IMG/VR virus record: IMGVR_UViG_3300024308_000016
Location: 62,001 to 126,000 of that record
DNA: 64,000 nt
Strand: one strand, 5' to 3'
Notes under the pieces: generated by a model
Database searches by the model: none
Told to the model about the DNA's origin: nothing
Seen by the model: only the letters and a program-made list of their open reading frames with translations
Program-made: the position numbers and the translations under genes
Shown here: positions 1 through 9,795 of the stretch, one piece after another
Numbering within the stretch: position 1 is the stretch's first letter
Layout of the letters: each line of letters opens with the position of its first letter

Positions 1-377
1 AGATTACGGCGTTCAGTCAGGACCGGTTGATTTCATACCGTCGAGACTCTGTTTACGATAATTCCTCGACCGAAGGATCGAATGCAAACGAATTCCTTCT
101 TCAACACGGAGTCATCACTACGTAGATGGCACCGTCTACGGAAGCATGCGGGATTTTGCTCGTGTGGTTTTCGTTGATCTGGTCACGATGGAATCCTGGA
201 TCGTTCAAAAGTTTCACTTCGGAAAAGGGTACTTTCGTGCTGTGGTCGAACACCATCGAGATCCAAATGTTCCCAGAGATACAGTTCCAATGCCTGTTCT
301 TGTCTGATAAATAAAGACCTAGTCTACTGACCTTGTGGTCAGTAGACTATACCCCTTTTTTGTCTAAGGAGAACACC

Positions 378-899
378 ATGAACATGGACGCTATCAAGCA
401 ACGCATCAACGACAAGATCCTCGCCCTGATGGCGGATGTGATCACCGAAGAAGAACTCAACGCGATGGTCATCGCTGCCGTCGACAAGTTCTTCGGCCGC
501 ACCAGTAATGGCGATGAATTTGATGTGAATATACGCGAAGACCGCATGGTACGTGGCGCCAAGGTGGCCTTCAAGGTGTCACCATTCGAGCTGATGGTCT
601 GGGAACTTGTCCACCCCATCGCTTATGCGGCCATCAAGCAAGTCTTCGAGAACGGCAAGAACGCTCTCCAGACCCATGCCCAAGAAATCATCGACGCCAA
701 GATCGACTCCGAGCGCCCCAAGATCCTGGCTCTGGCGACCGATCTGCAGCAGCTCCAGTGCCTGGGCGCCATCGGCAACGCTATGCAGCTCATCTCTATG
801 CACTCGATGACTGCGGTCAATGCCATGGCCCGCGGCGACACCAGCGCGGCCATCCACAGCATGGCATCGATCTCCGCTCCCCCGAACCGTCAGTACTAA
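378..899 (+). CDS. hypothetical phage protein
   Basis: ORF 333-899; ATG at 378 follows AAGGAG; strong C-ending codon bias. Confidence 0.75.
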   Translation: MNMDAIKQRINDKILALMADVITEEELNAMVIAAVDKFFGRTSNGDEFDVNIREDRMVRGAKVAFKVSPFELMVWELVHPIAYAAIKQVFENGKNALQTHAQEIIDAKIDSERPKILALATDLQQLQCLGAIGNAMQLISMHSMTAVNAMARGDTSAAIHSMASISAPPNRQY

Positions 900-960
900 C
901 TCCTCCTATAGAGTGGGTATCAGGTCTAGCGTGATCTGATCCATTCTTAGGAGGATAGTG

Positions 961-1719
961 ATGTCTTTTGATAAATACTTCAATGAAGCTGCCGTGCCGC
1001 AGGAGCTTCGAGAGCAGGCTACTGCGTCCCTGAACAAGGGCAAGGTGCAAGCTCGCAAAGCCACGCCCTATAAGGCTACGGCTTGGTTGGTGATGTTCAT
1101 CGCCCTGTTCATGTGCTGGTGGCCTCGCAAGGTCAACGGTAAGTGGCGACTGGTGCCCCTGGTTAAGTGGGAGGATGACAAACTCCCCGACTGGCTATGG
1201 AAGTGGGATAACAACATTTCCATGAACGGAGATGCGTATGGGATGATTCTAGCTGATGGAACCCACACGTACAAGTACGTCCGAGATCAGGTCGACGAGT
1301 TTGGCGGAACGCTGAAGGCAATTTCGTACACAGACCCTGCTTACAAAGGTACTGCGTACTATGCCAAGAAGTTCCATCCTCGTAGTCGGATTGCTCGGTA
1401 TGTCTGGCTGGGTTGGAGGAACAAGGCTTCTGCGTATTCAATGTACTTGGGTGAGCATATCAACCTGCACGAAGAGGTTGAAAAGTTTGGAATAACTCCG
1501 ACCAAGGGCTTTCGAACTACTCAATTCCTAAAGTCGGGAAATGTTTGGCAGATGCGCACTCAAAAACCTGTCTTTAAAGGCAAGTTTGACTTCGGCCGCA
1601 ACATCGGCTTCAAGATCAACAACGTGAGCGCCACACACCCCAAGGCGTCAGCCACCTCCGGCTATACCCTGCGCCGGATAAAAGCTGATGAAAAGGGTAA
1701 GACGGACTACGATCAATAG
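961..1719 (+). CDS. conserved phage hypothetical protein, Trp-rich, one predicted TM segment
   Basis: AGGAGG upstream; motifs LPDWLWKWDN..MNGD and YVWLGWRN resemble a widespread phage family of unknown function. Confidence 0.7.
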   Translation: MSFDKYFNEAAVPQELREQATASLNKGKVQARKATPYKATAWLVMFIALFMCWWPRKVNGKWRLVPLVKWEDDKLPDWLWKWDNNISMNGDAYGMILADGTHTYKYVRDQVDEFGGTLKAISYTDPAYKGTAYYAKKFHPRSRIARYVWLGWRNKASAYSMYLGEHINLHEEVEKFGITPTKGFRTTQFLKSGNVWQMRTQKPVFKGKFDFGRNIGFKINNVSATHPKASATSGYTLRRIKADEKGKTDYDQ

Positions 1720-1730
1720 TAATCATAGAA

Positions 1731-1766
1731 CCACTATCTTCGCCGCGTATGCGGCGGAGATAGTGG
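1731..1766. terminator. long hairpin between convergent genes, probable bidirectional terminator
   Basis: CCACTATCTTCGCCGC-GTAT-GCGGCGGAGATAGTGG. Confidence 0.7.
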
Positions 1767-1777
1767 ACTATGTTGCG

Positions 1778-2680
1778 TTACGCTGGACCGACGTATTCAT
1801 AGTAGAGGAACATCAGATTGACGCCTCCTGAGTTTACTTGATTGGACATCGTCGACACCGCCGGAGTGATGTAGTTAACTGTCCACATACAGTTCGTATC
1901 GCCCTGTACGGTCGAACCAACCAGATATCGGCCGGCGAAGTTTGGGAATCCAAAGTTTGCCTGAACCGCTTTTGTCGAAGGGACACTATTGGCGATAGAA
2001 TCACCTAGCGACAAAAACATAGCGTCCGACATTACCCGGATCCGCCACTTATATCCCCCAACAGTAACGATTGCTTCCTCCGGATTTGTCTCCAGGAACT
2101 TGTAGAACGTCTGAAGACGCTGACCGACCCAAGAACCTACCAAATTACCATTGGCAAAAGATGCTTGAGAATTTTTAGCGATTCGGATAATGCGTCCACC
2201 ATGCAGAACTGTAAAGAACTGCATGTCTCGACTTGTATTACCTGTACCAGGAGATACATCTGACAGACCAGCCGCAGTGATCATTGAGGCCATCTTGGCA
2301 TCAGTCAGTTGGGCCTGCGTCGGCAAGGAGATGCCGCTATTTTCCTTCAGAGTCCCAAGCTGCGCTGTTCCCGAAGTTACTAGGGTCCCCATCACCTTTA
2401 GATTGTCAATCATAGCGTCGGTAAACGGACCCCAATCATCACGCCATGGTACTGAGAACTGGATACTGGCTGTCTGAACTGTGTCTTTGACAAAAACTAC
2501 AGTATAGTGCCGGACTCCATAGGTACCGGTCACAAAAGAATCCTCGATCTCATCACCGATCAGGCCGGAGAAGATTTGGGTCCCTGGGAAAACCTGAGGA
2601 TTATCCGAGGCATAGACCATGGCCGAGTCATACAGACCAGGATCACTGACCATGTTCGAAAGTGAAATAACGGGTTTCAT
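1778..2680 (-). CDS. virion tail/fibre paralog-family protein, cassette 1 gene E
   Basis: ATG 2680 overlaps upstream TGA; N-terminal beta domain then WGPF motif; matches 15819-16697. Confidence 0.65.
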   Translation of the reverse strand: MKPVISLSNMVSDPGLYDSAMVYASDNPQVFPGTQIFSGLIGDEIEDSFVTGTYGVRHYTVVFVKDTVQTASIQFSVPWRDDWGPFTDAMIDNLKVMGTLVTSGTAQLGTLKENSGISLPTQAQLTDAKMASMITAAGLSDVSPGTGNTSRDMQFFTVLHGGRIIRIAKNSQASFANGNLVGSWVGQRLQTFYKFLETNPEEAIVTVGGYKWRIRVMSDAMFLSLGDSIANSVPSTKAVQANFGFPNFAGRYLVGSTVQGDTNCMWTVNYITPAVSTMSNQVNSGGVNLMFLYYEYVGPA

Positions 2681-3576
2681 TTCAGTCCCTTGTACTCTAC
2701 GACTGCAAAAGCGCAACCATTGTTTACTGTAAGCGCCGCCGTAGTGGCGCCCATATTCGGGGTCGCTAAATTAAGACTTGGAAAGGCGACTACAGAAGTC
2801 TTTGCTGAGCTGCTATAGTCAGATGTGATCAATGGGTATGACGCATTGGACGGCGCAGCGTGTCTGGCGAGACTGAAAGGAGTCACCGTCGTTGCACTCA
2901 GTGTCGAGAGCATCATGCGTGAAAAATCCATTGTCTCGGAAATGCCGAAGGGATAGTTATTCGCCGCAGACATATTGTATTTCGTCAAGTCCAGCTCAGC
3001 ATTCGCATAGTCGAACATTTTGGAAATACGAAGGGCAAAGTTGCGGCCCTCGATTGTAATGTTGTTACCTGTATCAGTGGATCCCGAATATGCGGGGATT
3101 ACTCCATTACTCCACAAGCCTCTTTGTTGAAGAGTAGCGACCGTGGCGGCGACCTGATAAAGATAGGCGACGTACATGATTCGACCTTTTCGGATAATCT
3201 TGTACCAAACACCCGTGCTACCAGTATTCCCGCTAGTCCACATATTAGCGGAGATACCAAGAACATAGTCAGGAACCTCTCCGAAGAACCCGAGGTTCAG
3301 ATCTCCCCAGGCAATAGTCTGCGGACCTGGCCCAGTGTCTGGGCGTAATTCGGCCTTAATACTTTTAGAATAGCTGACGTCGGAGCCACGGAACGAAGCA
3401 ACTACGTAGTAACGCTCGGTATCGAACGACGGCCGTGTGTCGAGGTAATAAGTGGCGTCGCCAGCAACTGTGGCCAGCACTGACGTCGAGCTTGGGTCAG
3501 TGATGGGTGAATCCGAAGACAGGATGTCGTTACGATCTGCGTCTTCGGCGCCAGCCCATTTAAGGATAAAAGTCAT
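2677..3576 (-). CDS. phiKZ gp131-like virion tail/fibre protein, cassette 1 gene D
   Basis: FN3/Ig-like N-terminus (ILKW...YYVV), then DTGPGPQTIAWGDLNLGFFGEV signature. Confidence 0.75.
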   Translation of the reverse strand: MTFILKWAGAEDADRNDILSSDSPITDPSSTSVLATVAGDATYYLDTRPSFDTERYYVVASFRGSDVSYSKSIKAELRPDTGPGPQTIAWGDLNLGFFGEVPDYVLGISANMWTSGNTGSTGVWYKIIRKGRIMYVAYLYQVAATVATLQQRGLWSNGVIPAYSGSTDTGNNITIEGRNFALRISKMFDYANAELDLTKYNMSAANNYPFGISETMDFSRMMLSTLSATTVTPFSLARHAAPSNASYPLITSDYSSSAKTSVVAFPSLNLATPNMGATTAALTVNNGCAFAVVEYKGLK

Positions 3577-3614
3577 TTTCTCTCCTGAACTCGGAGGTCT
3601 CCCTCCGAGAATGT

Positions 3615-4652
3615 TTACTTGAATACGATCGAACTAATCGCATTAACCGGTTCTTGCACGGCCGCGATCGCTCGCGGGTAGTGTCGAATAAACCTCGGGT
3701 GGCTAACAAAATCCACTGTTTCCTGGATTGCTCGGGCAGCTGGAGCCTGAGGTGTTGGGCAGTAAGTTGATATTGCAGATTCAGCCAGGCCTGCGCTGTG
3801 AATATACAGCGGGTCGACTAGGCTGTCGCTCTGTGTGTTGAGAACATAAGCGTCATCAGTGCTTGTGCTATCGGTCACTACTGGAGACGGGTCAATTGCA
3901 TACTTCGCCAACTCCGTACTGTTGATGTACTCCAGTACCGGCCACCACCGGAAGACTGTCGCTGGAGAAATGGCGTTGATCCCTCGAAGGGAGGCACCAT
4001 TCAGAGACGACGACGACATCTGGAAATTCCCAGTCGCCGCTTGCTGCATCACGAAGAACGAAGTATTAGGATTTGCGCCAACATTACCCGGAAACAGTAC
4101 CTCGGCTGGGTTACGTTTATATCCGTACGAAGACTCGATCAGTGGGTCATACATTTGACCCAGTAGGTCAAACAACTCTCCCGTAGTCATCGCGTTAATA
4201 TTGCTCGCTGTAGCGGAAGTATCCGATACCGAGAACAAACGAACGATCAAAGCTTTAGAGTTCGACGTGATGATCCTTGGCGATTTCCACATGGGTTTGC
4301 CATTGACTGTGGTCGCGGGAACTTTTGCCGTCCCGTAGTCAGTTGCGTTGAACGATACCTGCATATCGGCAATGGCATTTGCGCTCAACCCTGGAAACTG
4401 AAACAACGGGACGTAGACCGAACGGCTCTTTCTACGAAACTTCAACCAGACTCGACTACCCCATTCTGGCATAGTGTACGGGGAGTACGCTGATGCTAGC
4501 TGGAGAAGTTGTGGTTCGACCATCAACTCACTCTCTTGCACCTCCCCCATGAAACCAAGTTCATTTGTACCTACTGTCAGATACTCTGTACCTGGACCGG
4601 AGTCTGGAACAAACTCTCTGCGACCTTTGGATCGCATCAAAAGTTCAAACAT
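3615..4652 (-). CDS. virion tail/fibre protein, cassette 1 gene C
   Basis: Starts MFELLMR after GGAG; DSGPGTEYLTVGTNELGFMGEV signature. Confidence 0.75.
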   Translation of the reverse strand: MFELLMRSKGRREFVPDSGPGTEYLTVGTNELGFMGEVQESELMVEPQLLQLASAYSPYTMPEWGSRVWLKFRRKSRSVYVPLFQFPGLSANAIADMQVSFNATDYGTAKVPATTVNGKPMWKSPRIITSNSKALIVRLFSVSDTSATASNINAMTTGELFDLLGQMYDPLIESSYGYKRNPAEVLFPGNVGANPNTSFFVMQQAATGNFQMSSSSLNGASLRGINAISPATVFRWWPVLEYINSTELAKYAIDPSPVVTDSTSTDDAYVLNTQSDSLVDPLYIHSAGLAESAISTYCPTPQAPAARAIQETVDFVSHPRFIRHYPRAIAAVQEPVNAISSIVFK

Positions 4653-4662
4653 GCCTAACTCC

Positions 4663-5496
4663 TTATTGGGGTTCCAGCACAATCCCCGCAATCATGGAGT
4701 TGCCGTTTGGAGCTGTGCTAGAGTAGTAGAAGTTGCTGGCTGCTGAATCATAAACTGCGAATACCGCAGCTCCTGAATCGTTAAGCATCCAGCTATTGCC
4801 TGGTGTGCGGGTCGATACCTGATTATAGAACCTCAGCTCTTCCGCCATTCCGCCAAAGCACAACTGGTAGGAGATGAATTCTTCCTTCGTCATCGCCCGT
4901 GCTTTAAAATCAAAGACATCGGTCGAGATGGTCTTAGTCGTATCAATCAGATTGGTTTTGAAGTTTCCGATTGCTGTAGCCGACGGCCCAGTCATGTAGA
5001 AATTAGGCTCCTCGTTAAAGAACAGGACATTTCCTTTGAATGCAATCTTACTGATCTTTGGTGGAAAACCGGGGACTGCAAAGTTATCTGTCCGAGATGC
5101 CAGAGTTATGCCCGCAGAAGCCACGTACCGCTCGCTTATGGTGCGCCATATACCGACCAGAGATCCATAAGCTTCGGTATCCAGCCTTTCCATCAATCCG
5201 TCGGAGAAATTACCGGCGATGACCTGCTGAGACCCGGGACCACACTTGGCCACCACGGCTCGTCCGATCTTAGGCACCGAGTAAATCGGCCCAAGCTGAC
5301 TGTTAGCCACAAGACCGTACCAGTAAATAGTATCGTTCTCAGCAGTTTGATCCAGCATCTGTACGGACGAACCATTCAACTGGATCGGTAACTCATTTTC
5401 AACGGAATAAAGCGTCTGAGGATTTGTCGATCGATAGCCTTTGAAGCTATCGATGGTTGCCGATGGGTCATTTTCCCAAGTAACGAGAATAGACAT
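4663..5496 (-). CDS. virion tail/fibre protein, cassette 1 gene B
   Basis: FN3-like N-terminus (ILVTW..YWYGL) and CGPGSQQVIAG signature. Confidence 0.7.
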   Translation of the reverse strand: MSILVTWENDPSATIDSFKGYRSTNPQTLYSVENELPIQLNGSSVQMLDQTAENDTIYWYGLVANSQLGPIYSVPKIGRAVVAKCGPGSQQVIAGNFSDGLMERLDTEAYGSLVGIWRTISERYVASAGITLASRTDNFAVPGFPPKISKIAFKGNVLFFNEEPNFYMTGPSATAIGNFKTNLIDTTKTISTDVFDFKARAMTKEEFISYQLCFGGMAEELRFYNQVSTRTPGNSWMLNDSGAAVFAVYDSAASNFYYSSTAPNGNSMIAGIVLEPQ

Positions 5497-5499
5497 AAT

Positions 5500-6510
5500 T
5501 TATTCCTCTACAAGTTCAAGAATAGGCCAGTATTGAGGGCAATTTGGATACATACTGCTATTTACGACCGCGTTTGTCGAATAGATGCTGTATTCACCAT
5601 TGGTCGAGTAAGTTACTCCAGACGCATCCCAAGATGTGTATGGGAGTATGTTGTTAGTCGTCTGCGGCGTAACAAACTGGGCCAATGAAGTACTATCAGC
5701 AAGCGTCTCCGCAGTGAGCATCCTTGCGCGAAAAGCAGTCAGCGGCCGAACTATAGACCCAACCTGATTGGGAAAAGCCATGCCACGGTACATTGGCAGT
5801 ATCAGCTGAGCAAACTCAGTAGAATTCTTATCCCCTTTGTCACCCAGTTTAGTTCCGTCCCAATCATCTGCGAAACCACGGGCTGTCCGAATGTTGAACG
5901 TCCACCCACCGGTCGATACTACTCGGCTCTTGCGAAACGGCGCGTACTCTGGAGCGGACGTATCAAAGTTCCACGGGATTCCAGAGGCGATTCCCTTGTT
6001 CGCCATGACCCATACAGCGGATACATGGTAACCAGTTCGCCCATAGACGGGGCGGTCTGGTACAAAGTAGATTTTATTCTTACGGCAGAATTTATACCAT
6101 ATTGCGTTTGCGGACCAGTCGTTAAGAGCGCCAAGATCAGATGAACTAGCGGCCAACGCTGTCTTCAAATCAGTGATCGGATCAGGAAGATCATAATTGT
6201 TGACTTTACCCAACAGCCCGTATCGAACATCCCCTCGAAGAAAGTCCATCGACCCTGGCCCGCGTTTGCGGAGGTCTAACTGAGTCGATGGCGCGGTCTT
6301 TACGGAATTGTACGCCGTCTTTGCTTCGATCAAGTAGGTGTACTCCATGCCTACATTGGTTGTTGTGTCAGTGTAGGTGTTGACATTTCCAGCCAGAGTA
6401 ACTATCGGTACCCCGGGGGAGTTGACATTGATTGTCTTTCCTTGGTTGCGATAGATAAGTATTTGCGCATCAGCAGTGTTTCCGCCGCGCCACTTCAAAA
6501 TGATTGCCAT
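5500..6510 (-). CDS. virion tail/fibre protein, cassette 1 gene A
   Basis: True start MAIILKW at 6510 after GGAG; RGPGSMDFLRGDVRYGLLGKV; ends WPILELVEE like 20537-21535. Confidence 0.75.
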   Translation of the reverse strand: MAIILKWRGGNTADAQILIYRNQGKTINVNSPGVPIVTLAGNVNTYTDTTTNVGMEYTYLIEAKTAYNSVKTAPSTQLDLRKRGPGSMDFLRGDVRYGLLGKVNNYDLPDPITDLKTALAASSSDLGALNDWSANAIWYKFCRKNKIYFVPDRPVYGRTGYHVSAVWVMANKGIASGIPWNFDTSAPEYAPFRKSRVVSTGGWTFNIRTARGFADDWDGTKLGDKGDKNSTEFAQLILPMYRGMAFPNQVGSIVRPLTAFRARMLTAETLADSTSLAQFVTPQTTNNILPYTSWDASGVTYSTNGEYSIYSTNAVVNSSMYPNCPQYWPILELVEE

Positions 6511-6629
6511 ATTGGTTCTCCTTATGGGAAAGTCGGGTAGTACCCAAAAGATCATTGAAAGGCCGGTATCTAGAAAATAACAACGTAGACGAGGCATAAG
6601 GTGCGAGCGCAGGCAGCGCTTGTTCCATT

Positions 6630-6651
6630 CCCCCCCCCCTTTTTTTTTTTT
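6630..6651. repeat. C10-T12 homopolymer tract
   Basis: 10 C followed by 12 T immediately before the GGAG of gene 6661. Confidence 0.9.
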
Positions 6652-6660
6652 GGAGTCTAT

Positions 6661-7203
6661 ATGAACGAAACCGTCAACCTCCTGCCCGTCATCACCAACA
6701 GCAATAGCCATCTGTTCATCGAGCAGCTGGCCAGCAACACCGACACTGAGGGCGTGCGCACAGCGCCTCTGGTGATTGGCAAGCCTTTGGACCTGATCGC
6801 TCTGACCACTCCTGGCTGGACGGTACGAGCAGTTAACCAGTATGAAGGCTTCGAAGCCCTGGGTCAGCAGCTGTCCATCAAATCTCTGGTGGTGCAGGCT
6901 GGCGAGAATTTCTACGAGCACGGCCTGAACTACCCCATCGAGCTGCACGCCAGCGGCGAAGGCAATCCTGTCGAACGTGTGTTCGGTGGCTCCGTCTCCA
7001 TCACCCTTCCTGATGGCTCCGATCTGTGGCTGCGTGTGGCTGCACGGGCGAACCTGGAAACTGGCGAAGCCCAAGTGGACATCGTCACCGATGAAGCGGC
7101 CACGTTCCGTTCGCCGGCCAACCGTGACTATCGCTTCGGCGACCTCACTACCTGGGCCCCCGTAGGCTTCACCATTGCCGGCACCATCGTGAAGCCAGAC
7201 TGA
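6661..7203 (+). CDS. protein resembling a stand-alone domain of the phiKZ-like major capsid protein
   Basis: TAPLVIGKPLDLIAL...ANLETG pattern; paralogous to the next gene. Confidence 0.5.
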   Translation: MNETVNLLPVITNSNSHLFIEQLASNTDTEGVRTAPLVIGKPLDLIALTTPGWTVRAVNQYEGFEALGQQLSIKSLVVQAGENFYEHGLNYPIELHASGEGNPVERVFGGSVSITLPDGSDLWLRVAARANLETGEAQVDIVTDEAATFRSPANRDYRFGDLTTWAPVGFTIAGTIVKPD

Positions 7204-7209
7204 GTAGTC

Positions 7210-7803
7210 ATGCAGATCTACCCTATTATCACCAAAGAGACAGAGCATCTGTTTTTGTCGCCGGATCTGTACGAGCCCTTGATCGTAAACCAGGACATGG
7301 TGAGCAACAACGCCACGGCGCCTATCGAGGCAGGTCGCTCCATGAACCTGCTCAAGATGTCGCTAGACGATGCGCTACTGAGCAACCGGGCTCAGGTCAG
7401 CCGTGTGATCTCGGTCGCTGATGTGGTGCTGCGTGTCGGCAAAGACACGCTGAGTTTTAATGTGCAGGGTCAGCCCGGCGCTGAGTTCACGGCGGAAACC
7501 GTCGACGATGCGGTGCTCAACGTGAACATGCCTCTGGTGCTGTCGGTGCGAGAAGGCACCATCTGCACCAACGAGCAGCCTCTGCGCACGCTCATCATTC
7601 CCAAGGACGGCGCTGTGGTGATCCTGGGCCAGCTCACTGGTTCCGTGAATCTGGAGTCGGGCATCGCTCAATTCCAGATCCAGCTGACAGGCACCCGGGT
7701 GCTGCAAGGCGGCAAGCGCATCGAGTGCGCTGTCACCGAGCGCGATGTGCTCCAGTCCAAGGATCACTACCTGACGCTGATCATGCATACGCTCCATCCC
7801 TGA
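7210..7803 (+). CDS. protein resembling a stand-alone domain of the phiKZ-like major capsid protein
   Basis: TAPIEAGRSMNLL...VLRVGKDTLSFNV...LTGSVNLESG pattern. Confidence 0.55.
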   Translation: MQIYPIITKETEHLFLSPDLYEPLIVNQDMVSNNATAPIEAGRSMNLLKMSLDDALLSNRAQVSRVISVADVVLRVGKDTLSFNVQGQPGAEFTAETVDDAVLNVNMPLVLSVREGTICTNEQPLRTLIIPKDGAVVILGQLTGSVNLESGIAQFQIQLTGTRVLQGGKRIECAVTERDVLQSKDHYLTLIMHTLHP

Positions 7804-7811
7804 ACCATCTG

Positions 7812-7847
7812 CCCCTCTACTCCCGGACGCAAGTCCAGGAGTAGGGG
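7812..7847 (+). terminator. hairpin terminator
   Basis: CCCCTCTACTCCCGGAC-GCAA-GTCCAGGAGTAGGGG after gene 7210-7803. Confidence 0.6.
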
Positions 7848-7854
7848 AGGTCTG

Positions 7855-7892
7855 TTTGTAGATCTTCACGGTCACTTACACTTTACCTGAGG
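7855..7892 (+). promoter_or_regulatory. phage promoter copy P1
   Basis: TTTGTAG-N8-GGTCACTTACACTTTACCTGAGG; one of 8 copies. Confidence 0.75.
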
Positions 7893-7934
7893 CATCCTGC
7901 TTCATTATCTTGTCAACTCAATAGGAAAGCTCAA

Positions 7935-8258
7935 ATGCTCATCGATTTCACCATCTGCACCCATCATGGAAAAGGTGCGTCCGAGCAAGAGACGCACTCG
8001 GTGCATCAAAACGCCACACTGGCAGAGGCTTTGAACGAGCTGGGCACCGTCTTCTCGACAGTGGCGGACAAGTTCGACAACGAGTTCACCACCAGCGTGG
8101 ACGTGCAAGTGTCGATCACAGTCGACGGCGACAATCATGAAAGCGAGAACATCCGTATCACGGACCGCAATCGCGACAATGCCATCGAAGCTACCCGCGC
8201 ACTCCTGGTGCGCGTGTGGGAGAAGTTCAGCAAGACCCACCTCGAAAAGGCTCAGTAA
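7935..8258 (+). CDS. hypothetical protein
   Basis: First ORF after P1; AATAGGAAAG upstream. Confidence 0.75.
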   Translation: MLIDFTICTHHGKGASEQETHSVHQNATLAEALNELGTVFSTVADKFDNEFTTSVDVQVSITVDGDNHESENIRITDRNRDNAIEATRALLVRVWEKFSKTHLEKAQ

Positions 8259-8731
8259 TGCAGTTCAACCTTTTGGCACGAGTCACCAACCAAGGTGGTG
8301 ATTCCCGTCAGGCTCACTCCTCCATCGTCTTGCATGGCCCGAAGTCCGTCAACGAGATCGTGCAAAACATCTACGTGACAGCTCAACTCATCGACAAGGA
8401 GCGACGTGACCCGTCAAGCCGTTCCATTGAGCTGTTTGCCTCCTATGGCGTCAACGGCAACGTGGCCAATGATCGCCGCACTGTGGGCTCGCAAGCTGAC
8501 ACCAACACGTTCATGAACGTGGTCGGCTCCATGGTTCGCACAGTGTGGGATCACTGGAATGCCGGTAACAGCGTGAAGTTCAACAACTTTCAAGCGGTGG
8601 AGCTCAATGACTCCGGCGCCTTCCATGCGGACATCCAGCTCATCATGGATGTCCAAAAGGGCTACTACACCCTGGACGAGGCCAACCTGCGCGCTCGTCA
8701 TCACGTCTTCATCGAAACCATCTCGAAATAA
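8258..8731 (+). CDS. hypothetical protein
   Basis: TAATG coupling with upstream gene; typical codon bias. Confidence 0.75.
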   Translation: MQFNLLARVTNQGGDSRQAHSSIVLHGPKSVNEIVQNIYVTAQLIDKERRDPSSRSIELFASYGVNGNVANDRRTVGSQADTNTFMNVVGSMVRTVWDHWNAGNSVKFNNFQAVELNDSGAFHADIQLIMDVQKGYYTLDEANLRARHHVFIETISK

Positions 8732-8741
8732 GGAACTCATC

Positions 8742-9338
8742 ATGGACTGCATCATCATGCACTGGAGCGTCAAGGAAGGTGTGACTCCTGACCCCATCGT
8801 CGGTATCCGATCGATCGGCTGCCCGTCCCTGTCCAGTCTGCGCAAGGAAGCGCTCCCTTACCTGCACCGTCTGGCCGATGCCACTGATGCCACCTTGTGC
8901 ATGGGTATCAAGACCATCTTCTCCGGGCAGATGGGCACTTGCGTGCGCGAGGCGTTCATGGTGCCGGAGCTGCTGCCTATTCAAAACTTGGCGACAGTCT
9001 CGCATCAGCTGAACTTGACATGGGAAGAAGCCTGGGGCCTGAACAAGATTCCAGCAAACCACCGTGTCAAGCTCGAAGAATCCCTGTATCTGGTCGCCCG
9101 TGACACATTTTGGCGCCAGTTGCGGGAGACTCCCAACAGCATCGCGATGGGGACTCAGTCGTTCTCCCGCCTTCCCAATGAAAGCGACAAGGAGTTCTGG
9201 GCCCGCATCATCGGCATCTGCACCGCTCACCGGCAATGTCTCATGGCGCCCAACGCCCTGAACGAGCTGCAAGCGGGTATCCTGACTCCGGAGGAAGCCA
9301 CCTTCCAGTATCCGGGGTTTTACTTTGAGAAAGTCTGA
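8742..9338 (+). CDS. hypothetical protein
   Basis: ATG 8742 after AAGGA; operon continuity. Confidence 0.65.
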   Translation: MDCIIMHWSVKEGVTPDPIVGIRSIGCPSLSSLRKEALPYLHRLADATDATLCMGIKTIFSGQMGTCVREAFMVPELLPIQNLATVSHQLNLTWEEAWGLNKIPANHRVKLEESLYLVARDTFWRQLRETPNSIAMGTQSFSRLPNESDKEFWARIIGICTAHRQCLMAPNALNELQAGILTPEEATFQYPGFYFEKV

Positions 9339-9342
9339 CATC

Positions 9343-9753
9343 ATGACACAGAAATTCGAGACCACCAAGCGTATCGCCGAAGCCATCGAACAAGCCTTCA
9401 CGCTGACGTGCGAAGAAGGCGGCGACGGCGTCGTCATGGCCCAGCGCATGTTCGAAGAACTGGACTCGGCCTGGACGGTGGACGCCTCGTGCGCTCACAG
9501 CCTGATCACCACCACGGAAGACGGCCGCCAACACGTAGCCATGGCCAACCCGCCCGGTGAGCGCAACGGCTTCGTTGTCGTGCAGATCAACGAGATCCAC
9601 ACCCGCAGCCCCGATGGCTATGGCCCCGATCAGCTGATCAGCTCTACCATCCGCACGCGCGAGGCCACTGATGCGGAAGTCGACTACATCGAAGAGGGCA
9701 TCAAACGCGGCAACCAGGACGTGACCAACCAGCGCAACGCCCTGTTCCGCTGA
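9343..9753 (+). CDS. hypothetical protein
   Basis: ATG 9343 after GAGAAAG; typical codon bias. Confidence 0.75.
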   Translation: MTQKFETTKRIAEAIEQAFTLTCEEGGDGVVMAQRMFEELDSAWTVDASCAHSLITTTEDGRQHVAMANPPGERNGFVVVQINEIHTRSPDGYGPDQLISSTIRTREATDAEVDYIEEGIKRGNQDVTNQRNALFR

Positions 9754-9795
9754 TCCACGCATAACAGCAACCCCTTTTCTCTGGAAATCATCTCA

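Noticed and set aside
1-330. Gene at the window start (62-aa ORF 126-314 or a 54-aa alternative at 146-310)
   Set aside because: Short, no clear RBS or motif; cannot choose a frame
5500-7248. 582-aa minus ORF in the track
   Set aside because: The 5-prime 246 codons are antisense to gene 6661-7203 and cross the homopolymer; the paralog-supported start is MAIILKW at 6510
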